Positions 1 through 13,490 of a stretch of DNA of 64,000 nucleotides are shown here, piece by piece. Numbering within the stretch: position 1 is the first letter of the stretch; each line of letters begins with the position of its first letter. The notes under the pieces were generated by a model. The model saw only the letters and a list, made by a program, of their open reading frames with translations, was not told the DNA's origin and did not search any database. This DNA comes from Malacoraja senta (Eukaryota): assembly GCA_038087875.1 (NCBI GenBank), contig CM075989.1:10356001-10420000 (forward strand). The letters are read 5' to 3'. A program made the position numbers and the translations under genes.

Positions 1-3000
1 AGAAGCCAAACACCAACTTATTTAAGAGCTCAGAACCAAATGGGACCCAAAACATTGGCTGTTTTCCCTTTAAAGACGTTGCTGGACTTGCTGAATGTTT
101 AGAGTCGCTTCTGTTTTTGTTTCAGTTTCCCAGCATCTGCAGTTTTTTGACTTTGAGGAAACCCTTGTTGCACTTACCCTCCCTAGTCTTGAATGCGACA
201 ATGGTCAGTCAGTTCTGGAAAGGATTTGACTAAAGGTTTTGAGAAAATTCATGTCCCAAAATCATTCTACACAGAATAAAAACCTTACATTAAACTCAGC
301 TCCCACAGGAACAGTGGTTATTAGAGTGAAAAAGTAGTGTGTAGTCTGCGCCTAACTCTCAAAACAATCTCATAACACCATTTGTTCATTAACAGTTATT
401 GTCAAATAATATAATTTCTCGCGCATGGTTAGTGAGGCAAGGAGAGATTTCTCTTCCCAACTCATCAATGTTGCCGGAGTATGGAGGAACTTATTGGGGT
501 AGACAAAACTGGAGATAGGGCGAGGGGATTATTTCTGGCACAATGGTCACCCGCACACCTGGCATCATATTATTTAGTGGAAGCACTTACACAATCACCT
601 CCAGAGCCAACAGCTGTCGGGTTGTCTTAAGGTCCTAAGATGGACATGGTAACACAGTCCCTCTTGAAGGTATTCCCCCATGTGGTCCTTCTAAATGTAG
701 CCAGGAACTAATTAATATTTTCAAGCAAGAGAAATTGACCAAAAAATGGTAATTGTAATGTCAAAGGTAAGCTTATAACCCAGGCCTAAATTTGATAATC
801 CAATGTATTGCCCAGTAGTCAAAAATATAAACCAGGTTTTAACAATGAAAATTATATTCTTTTAAATGCCTGCAGAATCCAAATATACAGTCGACAAAGA
901 CGTTCTCATGGCTGAAATCCACAGGAAACCAAACTGAAAAAGCCTGTATTTCACCAGGTTACTGTTGTCATCTTCAATTCCGAGCTGCTGGGAGCTACGT
1001 TGGCCACCATGGCAACAGCGGGCCCACCGCTTCCTTCACCCAATTCATTTGGAAATGGGAGATTACAATGGGCTGATCTGACTTTCTGTCACGAGAACAT
1101 AAACTTGCAAAAAACAGCTACCCCACTGGAATGAAAACACAGCATCTGCTTGCTTGGGGCCAACAGCATAGGGTTAAAGAGACCTCTGTAACATGTGTGG
1201 GGTGGGGGATAGAGTGAGTGAGCGAGAGCGAGAGATAAAGAGCAACAGAGTGAGCGAGAGGAATGCTCCCCATTTTTCAAAGAGGATGACATGGCTTTCT
1301 CCAAAAGGTCAAGTGTCATAACCCTGACAGAGTGGGCCTCTGACTGAAAGGAAACAGCCACTAATGGAGACCCAGAGCAGTTTATACAAAGCATGCTGGA
1401 CTCCAGGCTCACTATAGTACAATAAATACACCTCACAAAGTGAAGGGAGTTCATTAAGGCCGTGGTAAGCCTTTTTTCTGCTGTCTGGCTGGGCTGTCCG
1501 GTCTAAGAAACTGAAAGAAAGAGTTATTAACATTGGCCCTGTCAAGCCACTTACAAGAGGAATGGATAGCAACAATCTTTGTGTAATTGTGAGAGGTTTA
1601 CTGCTTTATCATACACACTGACCAGAGCCATGTCCCACCCACAGCTAGTGTTATTGATCAGAATCAAATGGTTCCCAGATCCAGAGGCTGGGTTTATCTG
1701 TCACTGAGCAATCCTGCTATATTCAAATTCTTTCTTACAGTGCAGCATCAGGACATTGGACCGGGTAGCTCCATCTAACACCATCGCAAACTCCTATTCC
1801 CTTCTCCATCGTATGTTTATGCAGCTTTAAATTAAATTAGTTGAGCAACATGGTAGTTGTTAATGCAAAGATCTGGACCACTGAAGCAAGCGACTTCCAA
1901 ATCCCATCATGGCAAATTTAAATGCGTCATTGAATAAATCTGGAATAAAAGGTATGCCTCGATAACCGTGAAACCAGCATAAAAACATACCTGGTTTACT
2001 AATACAGTTTAGGGGAGGAAATCTGTCATTCTTACCTAGACTGCCCAATATGTGACGCACCATTAGACTGGCCTCACATATAATGGGCTGATCATGTTGT
2101 TCAAATGTACTTTAAGAATACTTAACCTAGACTGCCCAATATGTGTCCCACCATTATGTCTCCTCATTAAAATTACATGGAACGGTTGATGTTAAAGTAT
2201 TGAAAGCCCTGGTTTTGAAGTCCTCTATGTGTCAAAAACATCCTCTCTGGATCTTTCTCATCAAACTCTTTGATAATCTTAAATACTGTATTCAACCAGC
2301 ATTAATTGCTACTCTTTGCTAAAGCTGGATGAGTGCAAAATTCAAAGACCGGGTTATTTATTTATTTATTATTATTATTTTAAATGGCATTAGATTCTTC
2401 AACCAGCCACCACTATGAAATGGACGAATTGAGGACAGCCTCAACAAAGCTTCTCCCAAAATGTGGGTTGGACAGGCTGGGATAATGCAGCAGCAGATTC
2501 CTAGACACTGCTTTTTGCATTTTCCTGATCCTGCATTACTAGAGCATGCTGACAACGAACAACTGGGGCTTCTTCCTGTTGCAGGAGAAGTTCTGATGTG
2601 ACGATCCCTGCGGATCCCTTAAGCACACCTTGACAGGTGTACAAACATCACAAATGCAGGTTTTTCTTCAGAAAACAACAATATAGTCTGGCTTGCAGGA
2701 AACGTGGCAGCCAACTTGCAAAGAGCAAGATTCCATAAACAGAAAATGACAGATTGCCCACTTTAGAGATGAGGACACTGGGACAAGACAAAGAGAAGAG
2801 CTTCCAAGGCGTCTTCAGCGCGACAGCAGGTTGGCTTAGTAACTATAGCTAGCTTCCACTGCCTCTTCCAAGCTCCTGGAGCAGGTGTGGAGACCTACTG
2901 TCCGTTCCAAAGCTGGCAACTTACTCTGAAATGGCTCAGGCAGTCTCTGGGCTCATAAACCGAGGCAATAAATGTCGAGCCATCCAGTGTCATCCACATC

Positions 3001-4189
3001 CCCAAAATATATAAGTTTGGAGAACCCCAAACATTCAATAGCACCAAACGGTCACTGCATTTAACTCGTTAGCAGGAGTCTCAAGTTTATTGAATCTAGT
3101 CCAGTGAATAACTGCCTTTGCCATGGAACAAGACACGAGTCAGCAACTGTTGTCTGCACTGTCCTTGGTTCGTTAAATGGCCAGGCTGAAAGAAACCACC
3201 AGGCACCAGGGAGCTGAGCACAGTATCACCAGCCAGGCCCTCGGGAAGTTTCATGGTGATCCCGAGACTATCACTTAGCCAGAAACCCAGGAGGAAGTCA
3301 CTCTCGGGACTCGTGTCCTCCCAAAAACATGGAGAAAAGGGGTTGGGGGAAGAAGCGCAAGTATGGCAGCTGATCCTCAGAATGTAAGCATGGGACATGT
3401 AGTCTCCCTGTTTCCTGTGAACCCCCTCCAAGAGAAAGAAAGAAAGAAGGCCATATGGCATCTGGCCTGGCTTAGAATGAACATTTGGTGTGGGGATCTC
3501 ATGGAGCTGTGTTAGTGTCATGGTCACACAAGTGTTGGGAGCAATGCCAATGCCTCAGGATGTCCATAAATCAAATAAATCAGGATCTCTTGCTTGTACC
3601 GAATAGGTTTTCCTGTTTTTATTGGTTGCAACCTACCTTGATGCAATACCAGTGAGCCGTTTACAGTTATGTATATGAAATGAAGATAATACATTGGTCA
3701 AAAGTAAAATGGGGCAGTGCTTCTCATTTCCTTGGATGTTTAGAGGCCTGTCTAAATGGACTCAATGAGTACAAGTTTAACTACTCGTCTTAAATTATCT
3801 GTGCAGTAGATAAAATGTCAAGCCCAGTGTGGCCCAGTTAAATGTTCACCAGTGCTCTGCAATCCCTTTGTAGTCCCATCCATTCCTTAGTATTCATCTC
3901 TTTGATCATGCCCAATTGTTGGTCATTCACATGTTTCCTTAAGTGGCAACCGAGTTAAAATCTAAGCTAATGATCATCATGTGAGAGTGTGCAAAATCCT
4001 GCTGTACACAGAGGCTGCCATGCTTTTAATATTACCATGCTTTAATGAGAATGAGGAACTGGGAAAGAACACATTAGTTTTCAGTTGGAGAGGGTGGATG
4101 CAAGGATGGTTAAGAAAAGGGGAACAGCTGTGATGGAGCGATTCCAGGATTGCCAGGATGATAAACTGGACTATACCGGTTGGGCCACA

Positions 4190-4625
4190 TTTACAATACT
4201 AGGCAAAGTCCAGTGCGACACATTTTAAGGAAGGTGTGAAGGCTTTAGAAAGGATGCAGAAAGATTTTCCAAAATTATTCCTAGGATGAGGGCTTTTAGT
4301 TGTGTGGAAAAGTTGTTCGGTGATCAACAGAGATTGTGAGGGCATCTCACAGGGGAATTTAAATTGATAGAAACTATTCCCGTGAGTGGAGGGGTCAAGA
4401 ACCAGGGGGCATAGAATGAAGCTAGAATGACAAAAGAACCAAATGTGACAGAAACGTTTTATTTAATGCAGAGTGGTTGGGGTATGGAATATAAAGCCAG
4501 GTAGGAGGCAGAGGCGGGTCCAATTGCAGCATTCAAAAGGGAGAATGAATTGGCAGGACTGGTGGCACGGGAGCTCGACTTGGATTGTTCTGATATAAAG
4601 GTGGTTTGAACCCAAATAGCCTTCA
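4190..4625 (+). mobile_element. Old CR1-type LINE 3' fragment
   Basis: Degenerate version of the CR1 3' region seen at 6785-7400 (agaaccagggggcatag, cagagtggttggggtatggaat). Confidence 0.55.
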
Positions 4626-5317
4626 TCTTGTCAGGCAAGAATCTGGAGGACCACAGACACCCCCTATTCCCACCATGCCCTAACTTAGCTGGTCCGGTGG
4701 AGATAATGAACTAGACGCCTTCCCGATTGACTATGCTGGGGCAGTGCACTTCTTGAAGGCCGTGTGACAGGAAGAGAGCAGATCGCCAAACTCCAGCAGC
4801 CACGCCAAGTTTGAGTCTCACAGCCGCCATGGGAACAATGTGACTTATGATCACTAGAGTTCAGAGAAAGGTTCCCAAACTGAAAGTCGCCGGCTGCTTT
4901 TGGTGGAATGCTACAAACAGGCACCGGAATCAAACCACAGGCAGGCTCCCTGTATCGATCCCAATCACAAGACACCTACCACTCTTTACCACAAAGGAGA
5001 GACAGCAAAGTGCAGTCACTTCTGCAAAATGGGAAACTGAGTAGTGGATGCACAAGGAAGACCACACATAGAATGGTCTGATCATGTTGTTCAAATGTAC
5101 TTTAAGAATAAAATAATTCCTTTCGAAATTGTGCCTTGGGTTATTTTGACCACATCCGAAAGACAGGGAAGGCCCTCAGTCTGGCATCTGAAGGCGCATC
5201 TCAAAAACCATAGCTTCACCAATGTGTCAGCTGGGTGTTGACCCAGGAATGGATCTTAAATCTTTGGAACTGGGCAAGAGAATAACCAACTGAGTCATGG
5301 TTGAATGCTCACTTTAG

Positions 5318-5548
5318 TTAAACACATTCATGGAAACAGGCCCTTCAGCCCACGTTGACCAACAATCACCCGTGCACTAGTTATATCCTACACACTAGGG
5401 GCAATTCTTTGGAATGTGGGAGGAAACCAGAGACCCACGTGGTCAAAGGGAGAACGTACAAACTCCGTACAAATAGCAGCTGTAGTAAGGTTTGAACCCA
5501 GGTTTCTGGTGCTGTAAGGCCGCAAACTCAACCACTGCGCCACTGTCA
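5318..5548 (-). mobile_element. tRNA-derived V-SINE (HE1-like), internally deleted
   Basis: Reverse complement of the SINE at 26552-26877 (gtggcgcagtggttgag...ttacagcaccaga...gggttcaaa; gtacgttctccc; gggcctgtttcc). Confidence 0.75.
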
Positions 5549-6784
5549 GTATTCCTCATGTAGTAATCAAATGCTCAATGTCCTCTTGCCTGTGTGCGGG
5601 TAGTTTATACAATTGTCATTCTCAAACCCAGTGTGCGCCCAACTAGGATCTGCGCATTGCACGCACCAAAGCATGGCAGTATGTGTCTGGCCCTTAACAG
5701 AGAAGCAGTTTGTTGGTGGAAGGGTTGAATAACAAAGAATAAAAGCGATTGCCAAAAACACAAAGGTGGCAGCAGCCCACGACCCTTCTTGCAGCTGCAG
5801 CGACCCAGGTTCACCCTCCCATGGTGCCACCTATTTGGAGTTTGCGTGTTTTCCCTGTGACTCTGTGTGTTTCCTTGAGTGCTCCGGTTTCATCCTACTT
5901 CCCAGACATGCTGGCTGGTAGGTCAAATGGCTGCTCCAAACTACCCTACTGTACGTGGGTGAGGGGGACATTGGAGAGTTGATAGAGACGGAAGAGGGAA
6001 AGCAAGTGTGCATTAGTGTGAACATGTGCTGAATGTCAGAGCGACCATGATGGGCAACAAATTCTGTTTCCGTGCTCTGTTATTAACTTTTACATCTGTG
6101 TCAAGAAATCACTGCGGGGATATCAGTGAAGGCAGATTAATATCTAGCATCCTGAAGGAGCCGGATAAGTATCCAGAAGGATGGGATTTGCGGGACAATG
6201 GAGAGGGGGGGGGGGGGGGGGGGGAGGGGAAGGCTTAGGGGAATGGGCCTTGGTCTTGCATAAAGCCAGCACATACTCAATGGGACAAATGGCCTCATTC
6301 CATAATGTGACAAAAGAGAGACAGGAATTAGAGTGGGGGAATCCTGCAAAACTCCCATCACCTTGCAAGGTGAGAGTCTACTGGAATCGCAGCACACAAG
6401 ACCCATTCCTGCTGGTTGGGGCACAAACCAGTCTTCATGCTGGAACATGCAATTCCATGGAAAGACCAAACTTAAACTGTGCCCAGGTCAACATTAGTCC
6501 TTCAAGTTTTGACCAGAGCTTACTGGGCATCAGGAGCTTGCTGTGTCCAAACTGATTGCCTTGTTTCTTTACATTACAAAGGTAACTGTATATCACTGAC
6601 TGCAAAGTACCTTGGGATGTCTTGATAGATGCTCTGGAAGTGGGCACAGAGGGTGCAGGGAGGATAGAGTCGTAGGACCATGGTAAAGCCCACGTCGCAT
6701 TGGGCAGTGCCAGTCAGAGTCCTGGGAAGATCGGGGTTTCCAAAAGGCTCCAGACTTCTCCCCAACAGTGATGGCCTCTGTTAA

Positions 6785-7400
6785 TTTATAACAAGAGGAA
6801 TCGAATATAGGAACAAAGAGGTCCTTCTGCAGTTGTACAGAGCCCTAGTGAGACCACACCTGGAGTATTGTGTGCAGTTTTGGTCCCCTAATTTGAGGAA
6901 GGACATTCTTGCTATTGAGGGAGTGCAGCGTAGGTTTACAAGGTTAATTCCCTGGATGGCGGGACTGTCATATGCTGAGAGAATGGAGCAGCTGGGCTTG
7001 TACACTCTGGAGTTTAGAAGGATGAGAGGGGATTGAAACATATAAGATTGTTACGGGTTTGGACACGCTAGAGGCAGGAAACATGTTCCCGATGTTGGGG
7101 GAGTCCAGAACCAGGGGCCACAGTTTAAGAATAAGGAGTAAGCCATTTAGAACGGAGACGAGGAAACACATTTTCTCACAGAGAGTGGTGAGTCTGTGGA
7201 ATTCTCTGCCTCGGTGGAGGCAGGTTCTCTGGATGCTTTCAAAAGAGAGCTAGATAGGGCTCTTGAAAATAGCCGAGTCAGGGGATATGGGCGAAGGCAG
7301 GAACATGGTACTGATTGGGGATGATCAGCCATGATCACATTGAATGGCGGTGCTGGCTCGATGGGCCGAATGGCCTACTCCTGCACCTATTGTCTATTGA
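6785..7400 (+). mobile_element. CR1/HER1-like LINE, 5'-truncated 3' end
   Basis: ORF remnants LYRALVRPHLEYCVQFWSP...IEGVQRRFTRLIP and SRTRGHSLRI...FSQRVVSLWNSLP; 3' tail ggccgaatggcctactcctgcacctattgtctattg. Confidence 0.9.
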
Positions 7401-10400
7401 TCAACCTACAATCATTGCATCCCTAAAATAACTCATGTGGGTAGTGAGGTGGGATACAAATATAAATATATCCCACCTCATTACCCACATTTTTTATTTA
7501 TTAACAATGTTCATTAGCATTGAGGAAGTGGCAGTATATTGGCCGATTTATGATTACCAAATAACCTGGTGACAGTCTTGATCCGAGCTGACATGAGAGT
7601 GAACATGTGGAGGAAGTCTGATTGCTGGCAACAGGAGGTTGGTAATCCAGGGATATCCTTGGTTGTGATATGAAATCACAACATGTAACAAGAGGGTTCT
7701 ATAACAGTGAACAACTTTGCCACCTTGAGCTCTTATGAATGCCTCACTATCCTTGGAGTTCGGAGTACACTGGGATCAGCAGCCAAAGCCCATCTAGCAA
7801 TGGTTGCACCGAGCCTTGAGAACCACAATTCTTATATACATTTATCAGCTCATTAATAAAATAATAATTCATGTTATTGGTTTATTAATTTGTCAGCATA
7901 CATTCTATGCTTGGGTCTGGAAGATGATTCCAAATTCAACAAGGGATATGGGGTAGTAGGAAGAGAAAGGACAAAAGGTGCCAGGTTTGGGATGTGGGGG
8001 GGGGGGGAATAGAAAAGAGCATGTTCACAGGTGGACATATAAAACTACGGGAAAAAAAACCAGCTGGTCCATCAAGCTGTTGCAACCAATGAGGCATACG
8101 ATTCCTTATCTTCATCTCACCTACCCCACACTGTACAACCCTTATAATCTCCACAGAGGAGCAAACAGGGGAAAACCGCCAACTAAGGGAAAACCAGATG
8201 CACTGCCTTCTGCAAAGAACAGTTCTCTAGCCCGCTGTAAGGCTAGCAGATGAATCGCTGGGCAATGGCAAATCCTTCAAACCTACATCCCAATTGGAAT
8301 CAGTGCCATCAGAATAGGAGGATTGTTTATTCTATATTGGGAGAAATATTTCCAGCGTTTGAATTTCAAAATCTTTCCTGGTTTATTTTCCTAGACTGTC
8401 TCCCAGCTGAGGCCCTTGCAACAAATCTAGCTGGCAATGCTCAGCATTTACAAATCTTTCGATTCCGTTTCTGGGCCAGTAAGTGTGTATTAGACTTAGG
8501 CCAGCACTTACACCAAGGAGTAGGGAGGGAGGGCTTATGGTCAGACAATGGTCAGCAACACTCTTCAGCTGCTGGTCCATCCTTCGTGGAATAGGACTTC
8601 TAAATACCTCCAGTAGCAGCTGAAATAGAGCCAGACACTACACTATTCAAATGAAACCACTTCATGGCTATAGCTGTGGGAGCTCAGCAGTGCCAGCACA
8701 CAACTAAAAATGGGCCAGTTAATCATTATGAAGTTCTTCCCCTGCCGAGGCTCCAGAATTTCAAACCTGGACGGCAGCCCATTTTCCATTCAGTTAACCC
8801 CTCATGTACAAAGCATTCCTGATGGAACACATACCCTTTTGGTAACGTCTGCCCTCTGGGTTATAATACACAGTGCAGCCAAAGCCATTCTGCCTAAGTT
8901 GTCCATGTCAGTGTTTGAGACCTCCCACCTTGTGACCTCCTGTACTCTTCCATCTTTCCTTTTTTATGAATCCAAGCTATTGGGCTAAATCATTTCACTT
9001 GGGAGAAACACATCAAGTGTAACATTGCAACTATGGACTATTACTATGGTAACCATCACATTTCAATATATTATAGACCAGAGTCAACCATTCGGCCCTT
9101 TGGAAGGGCTACCCGAATAATTCTGTTTTCCTGCTCATCCCACATAGGCGAGCAAGAACTTCCTTTTTAAGTAATCTAATACCCTTTGCGGGGTTATTAT
9201 TGAACACACGTTCCTGCCCTCTCAGGCACAGCTTTCCAAATCACAACAACTCACTGTGTAAAAACAATGTTTCTCCTTACTCTTTAACAACTAAAGTGGA
9301 TCTGGATTTTTTCCAACTAAACTTTATTAGAATTTTTCTTGAACACAGCAAAGCATTTAAAGTAGTTCGTTCCAAGTAGTTCGGGGATATTTTAAGTCTT
9401 TGAAGAACATTTTTTACTGTGCTGCAAAAAGCAACGAATAAAATCTAATTCTTAGACCTCAATCAAGAGCTCATATGCTAGGCTGGCACAACAGTGCGGT
9501 ACTGCAAGCATGCTGCACTATTAGCGATGCAGATCGCATCCGAATGCTCCAATAGTTCATTTGTATGCATAGTAGCGCATCAGGTAGTGATGCTTTTCAT
9601 TAGCTTCAGGGGCCATGACCCGAGGTGTTGCTTTTTGTGAAGCTTACACATTCACTCAATGGCCATGTGGGTTTTCGCAAGTGTTCTGTTGTTTCCTACC
9701 ACATCCCAAAGGTAGGGTATTGTGATTTGCCCCAAGTGTGGGTGTTTGGCAGGAGAATTGTGAATAGTTGATGGACATGTGAAAGAAAATAGGCAAGAGG
9801 GAAACAGTTGGGGGTGGGGCAAATGGAAGTGAGAGAAATGCTCTGAGAGTCAGCATGAACTCAATGGAGTGAATGACTTCTACCTTTTTATTAAAAAAAG
9901 AAATTAGAAAAGATTTTAAAGAACTATTGAAAGGAGTTCTGTCATCACTGCTAATATTCAGCCCATAGTGAATGCCATTAAAAGTAAATCAGACTGATAT
10001 TCCTCTTTGTAGGATCTTCCTATCAGGAATGGTATCTGCCATTTTTACCAATAATACTGTCCACAATGTGAACCATCACATAGCAGCTTATATTTGAAAG
10101 CACTGTATAAATACACAACTTCCTTTTGTTAGTGCTGCGTTGTTCAGTTGATCTGGTGCCAACTGCACTGACCTTAATAACTCTCAATAAACAAAACAAA
10201 AACACCTCATTAGGGCTAGCTTTGCTGATAATCTTCCACCAGTACCAAGAGCCAAGAGCTTCTAATAGACAACATGAGACATTCTATGACTCTGGTTTGA
10301 TAAGGAGGAGGTACTTGGACAAACAACTCCAATACATCTTAAACTATCTCTCTAGGGAATCACTGTTGCTCAGAAAGGACATTGTAGAGGGTTTTACATC

Positions 10401-11355
10401 TCACGTGCAGATAAGCTGAAATAAAATTGAAAACGTTGGAAACACTTAGCAGGTTAGGCAGCATCTATCAAAAGAGAAACAGGGATAATATTTCAGGTTT
10501 TTTAAAATAGCATATTTGCAAAGTCTGCAGTATATTCACTTTCAATAATATTTAATCTTATCTGCCTTGGGTAACAATGACTTCCTAAAGATGTTTTAAA
10601 CTGTATTGCTGGTCAGTCTCTACTCCTTAGCAAATGTTCACTTGCCTGAAACGTTAACCCAGTTTCTCTCTGCACAGATACAGACTAATTTGCTGAATAT
10701 TTTTTGACATTTTCTGCACCATCTATGCTGAAATATATCCTCAAACCTATGTCAATAGTTAAACTGTGTGCCAACAAAGGTACATGATTTGTGCCCATTT
10801 AACGCTGTGGAAGGGGCTTGGGGAGAAATAAACGAAGTGCGAAAGATAAGCCAAGAAAGAAAATGAAATAAAAGTTAAAGAGGAGGAATATTAATGAATA
10901 TCCTGGCCTCTAGTTTTTCAGAATGTAATCCAACAACATTTAATCAGCAAAGCTATCACAATATTTTGAATCATGCTGCCAAAACGTAGTAAAATAAAAC
11001 AATTCAAAAGACCCGACAGAGAAAAGATCCAAAACACTCATGTACGCACTCTCATTCCAGGTAGTAAAGGATTCTTGTAGAAACAAGGAACTGCAGATGT
11101 TGGTTTACAAAACAAAGACACAGGGTGTTGGAGTAACTCAGTGGGTCAGACAACACCCCAGGAAAAATGGATAGGTGATGTTTTGGGTTGGGACTCTTCT
11201 TCACAGATTGTGGGGGTGAGGTGGGGATGAGAAAGGATTATTTTTCTTCAAGGAGCACCATCATGGAACTGCTTCTACTTGAGGTGCAAAAACACCAGTA
11301 TTGGAGGCAATCCAGTATGTTCAATTGAAAGAGTGGGGTGGGAGAGAGTCTAAGG

Positions 11356-11685
11356 CAGGGGTTGGCAACCTTGTTCTGCATCGGGGCCAGGACCCATGTC
11401 CGTGAGCGGATGGCGGGCCACATCTATCGCCATAGTGTGACACTTTTTCGCATTAGTTTTCACGTGTTTTTCCAATTAGTTTTCTGCATGCCCTGGGACA
11501 GGCTGCAGTTCCCAGATCCTCGCGTGCCCTGGGACAGGCTGCAGTTCCCAGATCAGCTCGCGTCCCCGGGACTGGTTACAGTTCTTAGGTCGCGAAAACG
11601 AATTGAAAAAAAATACGCCTGCGGCCCGGATGATTTCCGGTTACGGGCCGAATCCGGCCCGTGGGCCGTAGGTTGCCAACCCCTC
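11356..11685. mobile_element. hAT/Charlie-type MITE
   Basis: TIRs CAGGGGTTGGCAACCT / AGGTTGCCAACCCCTC; 8-bp TSD gtctaagg (11348-11355) / atctaagg (11686-11693); internal ~30-bp duplication. Confidence 0.85.
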
Positions 11686-12161
11686 ATCTAAGGGAACAAG
11701 AAAACCCAAACCATATTACTGCCACATCAAGTACAAAAGAAAAGTCAGAACCAGAGTGAAAGTTCATTTTTAAAGATATTTGTGTAATTAGGTTCAACAT
11801 TTTCTTGCTTCAAGTCATCAAAATAAAAGTTTCTCATGTATTCCAGGTCTTTAATTACAAATAACCTTTTGATAGTAATTGGATCGAGGGATACAGTACT
11901 CAGCCATTCCTGTTGTGTGCACTTTCTATTCTGGTTTGACATTAACCCTGGCACAGGACACATTTTCAGCCATGTTCTGTAATCTAGTCAGAGACTGTAA
12001 TGAATGGCGAGTTCATTCCACAACTGGTGAGGGAGGGAGAGGGTGATGTACCAGTCAGATTATTTGTCTGTAGCTGCTTTATTTTTGACAAAGGAGCAGG
12101 CAGAAAGAAAGTCGTCTCTGAATGTACCATGCCATTTCTAGAGCAAAACACATCTGGTTAA

Positions 12162-12468
12162 TGGCCCTGTCCCACTGTACGAGTTCATTCAAGTGCTCTC
12201 CCGAGTTTTAAAAAAATAAATCAAACTCGTGGTAAGCACGTAGAATGAACGTAGCGGGTACGTCGGAGCTCGGGGACGTCTCTTAGCGGCTCGTAACGCT
12301 AACGGCAGGTACTCGGGAAGACTCGCTAACGGCAGGTAAGCTCGGGAAGACTCGTGAAGATTTTTCAACATGTTGAAAAATGTCCACGAGAGCCCCGAGT
12401 ACTCACGAGCGGCCATTACCAAACTCGGGGAGAACTCTTGAATGTACTCGTACAGTGGGACAGGGCTT
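12162..12468. mobile_element. PIF/Harbinger-type MITE
   Basis: ~45-bp imperfect TIRs ggccctgtcccactgtacgag... / ...ctcgtacagtgggacagggc; TAA on both flanks. Confidence 0.85.
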
Positions 12469-12639
12469 TAAGTAGATCAACATGGAACAGGAGCAAAATG
12501 CCTAGGTATTTTTTAAACCACAATAATTTGTATCATATCACAAAATTATTTGAAGACAGAAGTAATTATGAAACATATTTTGTGCCCAGTTACACATGTA
12601 TGGGGTGTTTGAGATGGTGGGAGAATGGAGGCAGACTGG

Positions 12640-13490
12640 GGTGTGGGCACAGAAGAGGGGGCAAGGGAGTATTAGTTGAAGTTGGAGAATACATAGTTCA
12701 TAATGTTAGGTTGTAAGCTACCCAAGAAGTTGTGGTACTGTTGCTCCAGTTTGCGTGTGGCCTAACTCTGGCGGTAGTGAAGGCAAAGAACAGAAAGGTC
12801 AATATGGAAATGGGATGGAGTTAACTGGTTGGCAACTGGGCACAGCTACTCTATGCTTGGTCTCGTTAATGTTAAGGAGGCCACATCAAGAGCATCAAAA
12901 TATAGTAGACGATAAGATGCACATGAACCTCTATCGCAACTGGAAGGGCTGCTGGGGCCCTTGGATGGAAGTAAGAGAGGGGTTGTAGGACATGTTTTAC
13001 ATCTCTTGCAGTCGCAGGGGAAGGAACCCTGGGAGGGAGTGGGCTGGGTGAACCAAGAAGTTGTGGAGGGTGTGGTCTCTACAGAAAGCAGAAAGGAGTG
13101 GGGATGGGAGATGTGATTAGTGGTGGGATCACATTGAAAATGGCAGAAATGTAGGGAATGATGTGTTGAATGCAGATGCTGGTGAGTGAAAGGTGATGAC
13201 AAGAGGAGCTCTATCCTTATTCCGTCTGGGGGGGGGGGGAAGAGGTAGTAAGAGCGGAACTGCGGGACACAGGAGGCATGGATGTAGGCTCTAGCTACAT
13301 TAGCATTGGGGGGGAGCAATTCGGAGAATAGACCATGCCTGTTGAAGAAAGAGGACGTCTTGAATGGACTATGGTGGAAAGCTTCAGCGTGGGAGCAGAT
13401 ATGGCAGAGATGTAGAAATTGAGAGTATGGGATGGTGTCCTTGCAAGAAACAGGGTGGGGGTGTGAGGAGGTTATGTCGAGGTGAAATCA
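12640..13490 (-). mobile_element. Degenerate Penelope-like element (GIY-YIG region)
   Basis: Minus-strand ORF remnants CDPTTNHI...PTPSQGSFPCDCKRCKTCP, homologous to the Penelope copy at 61365-61900. Confidence 0.75.
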
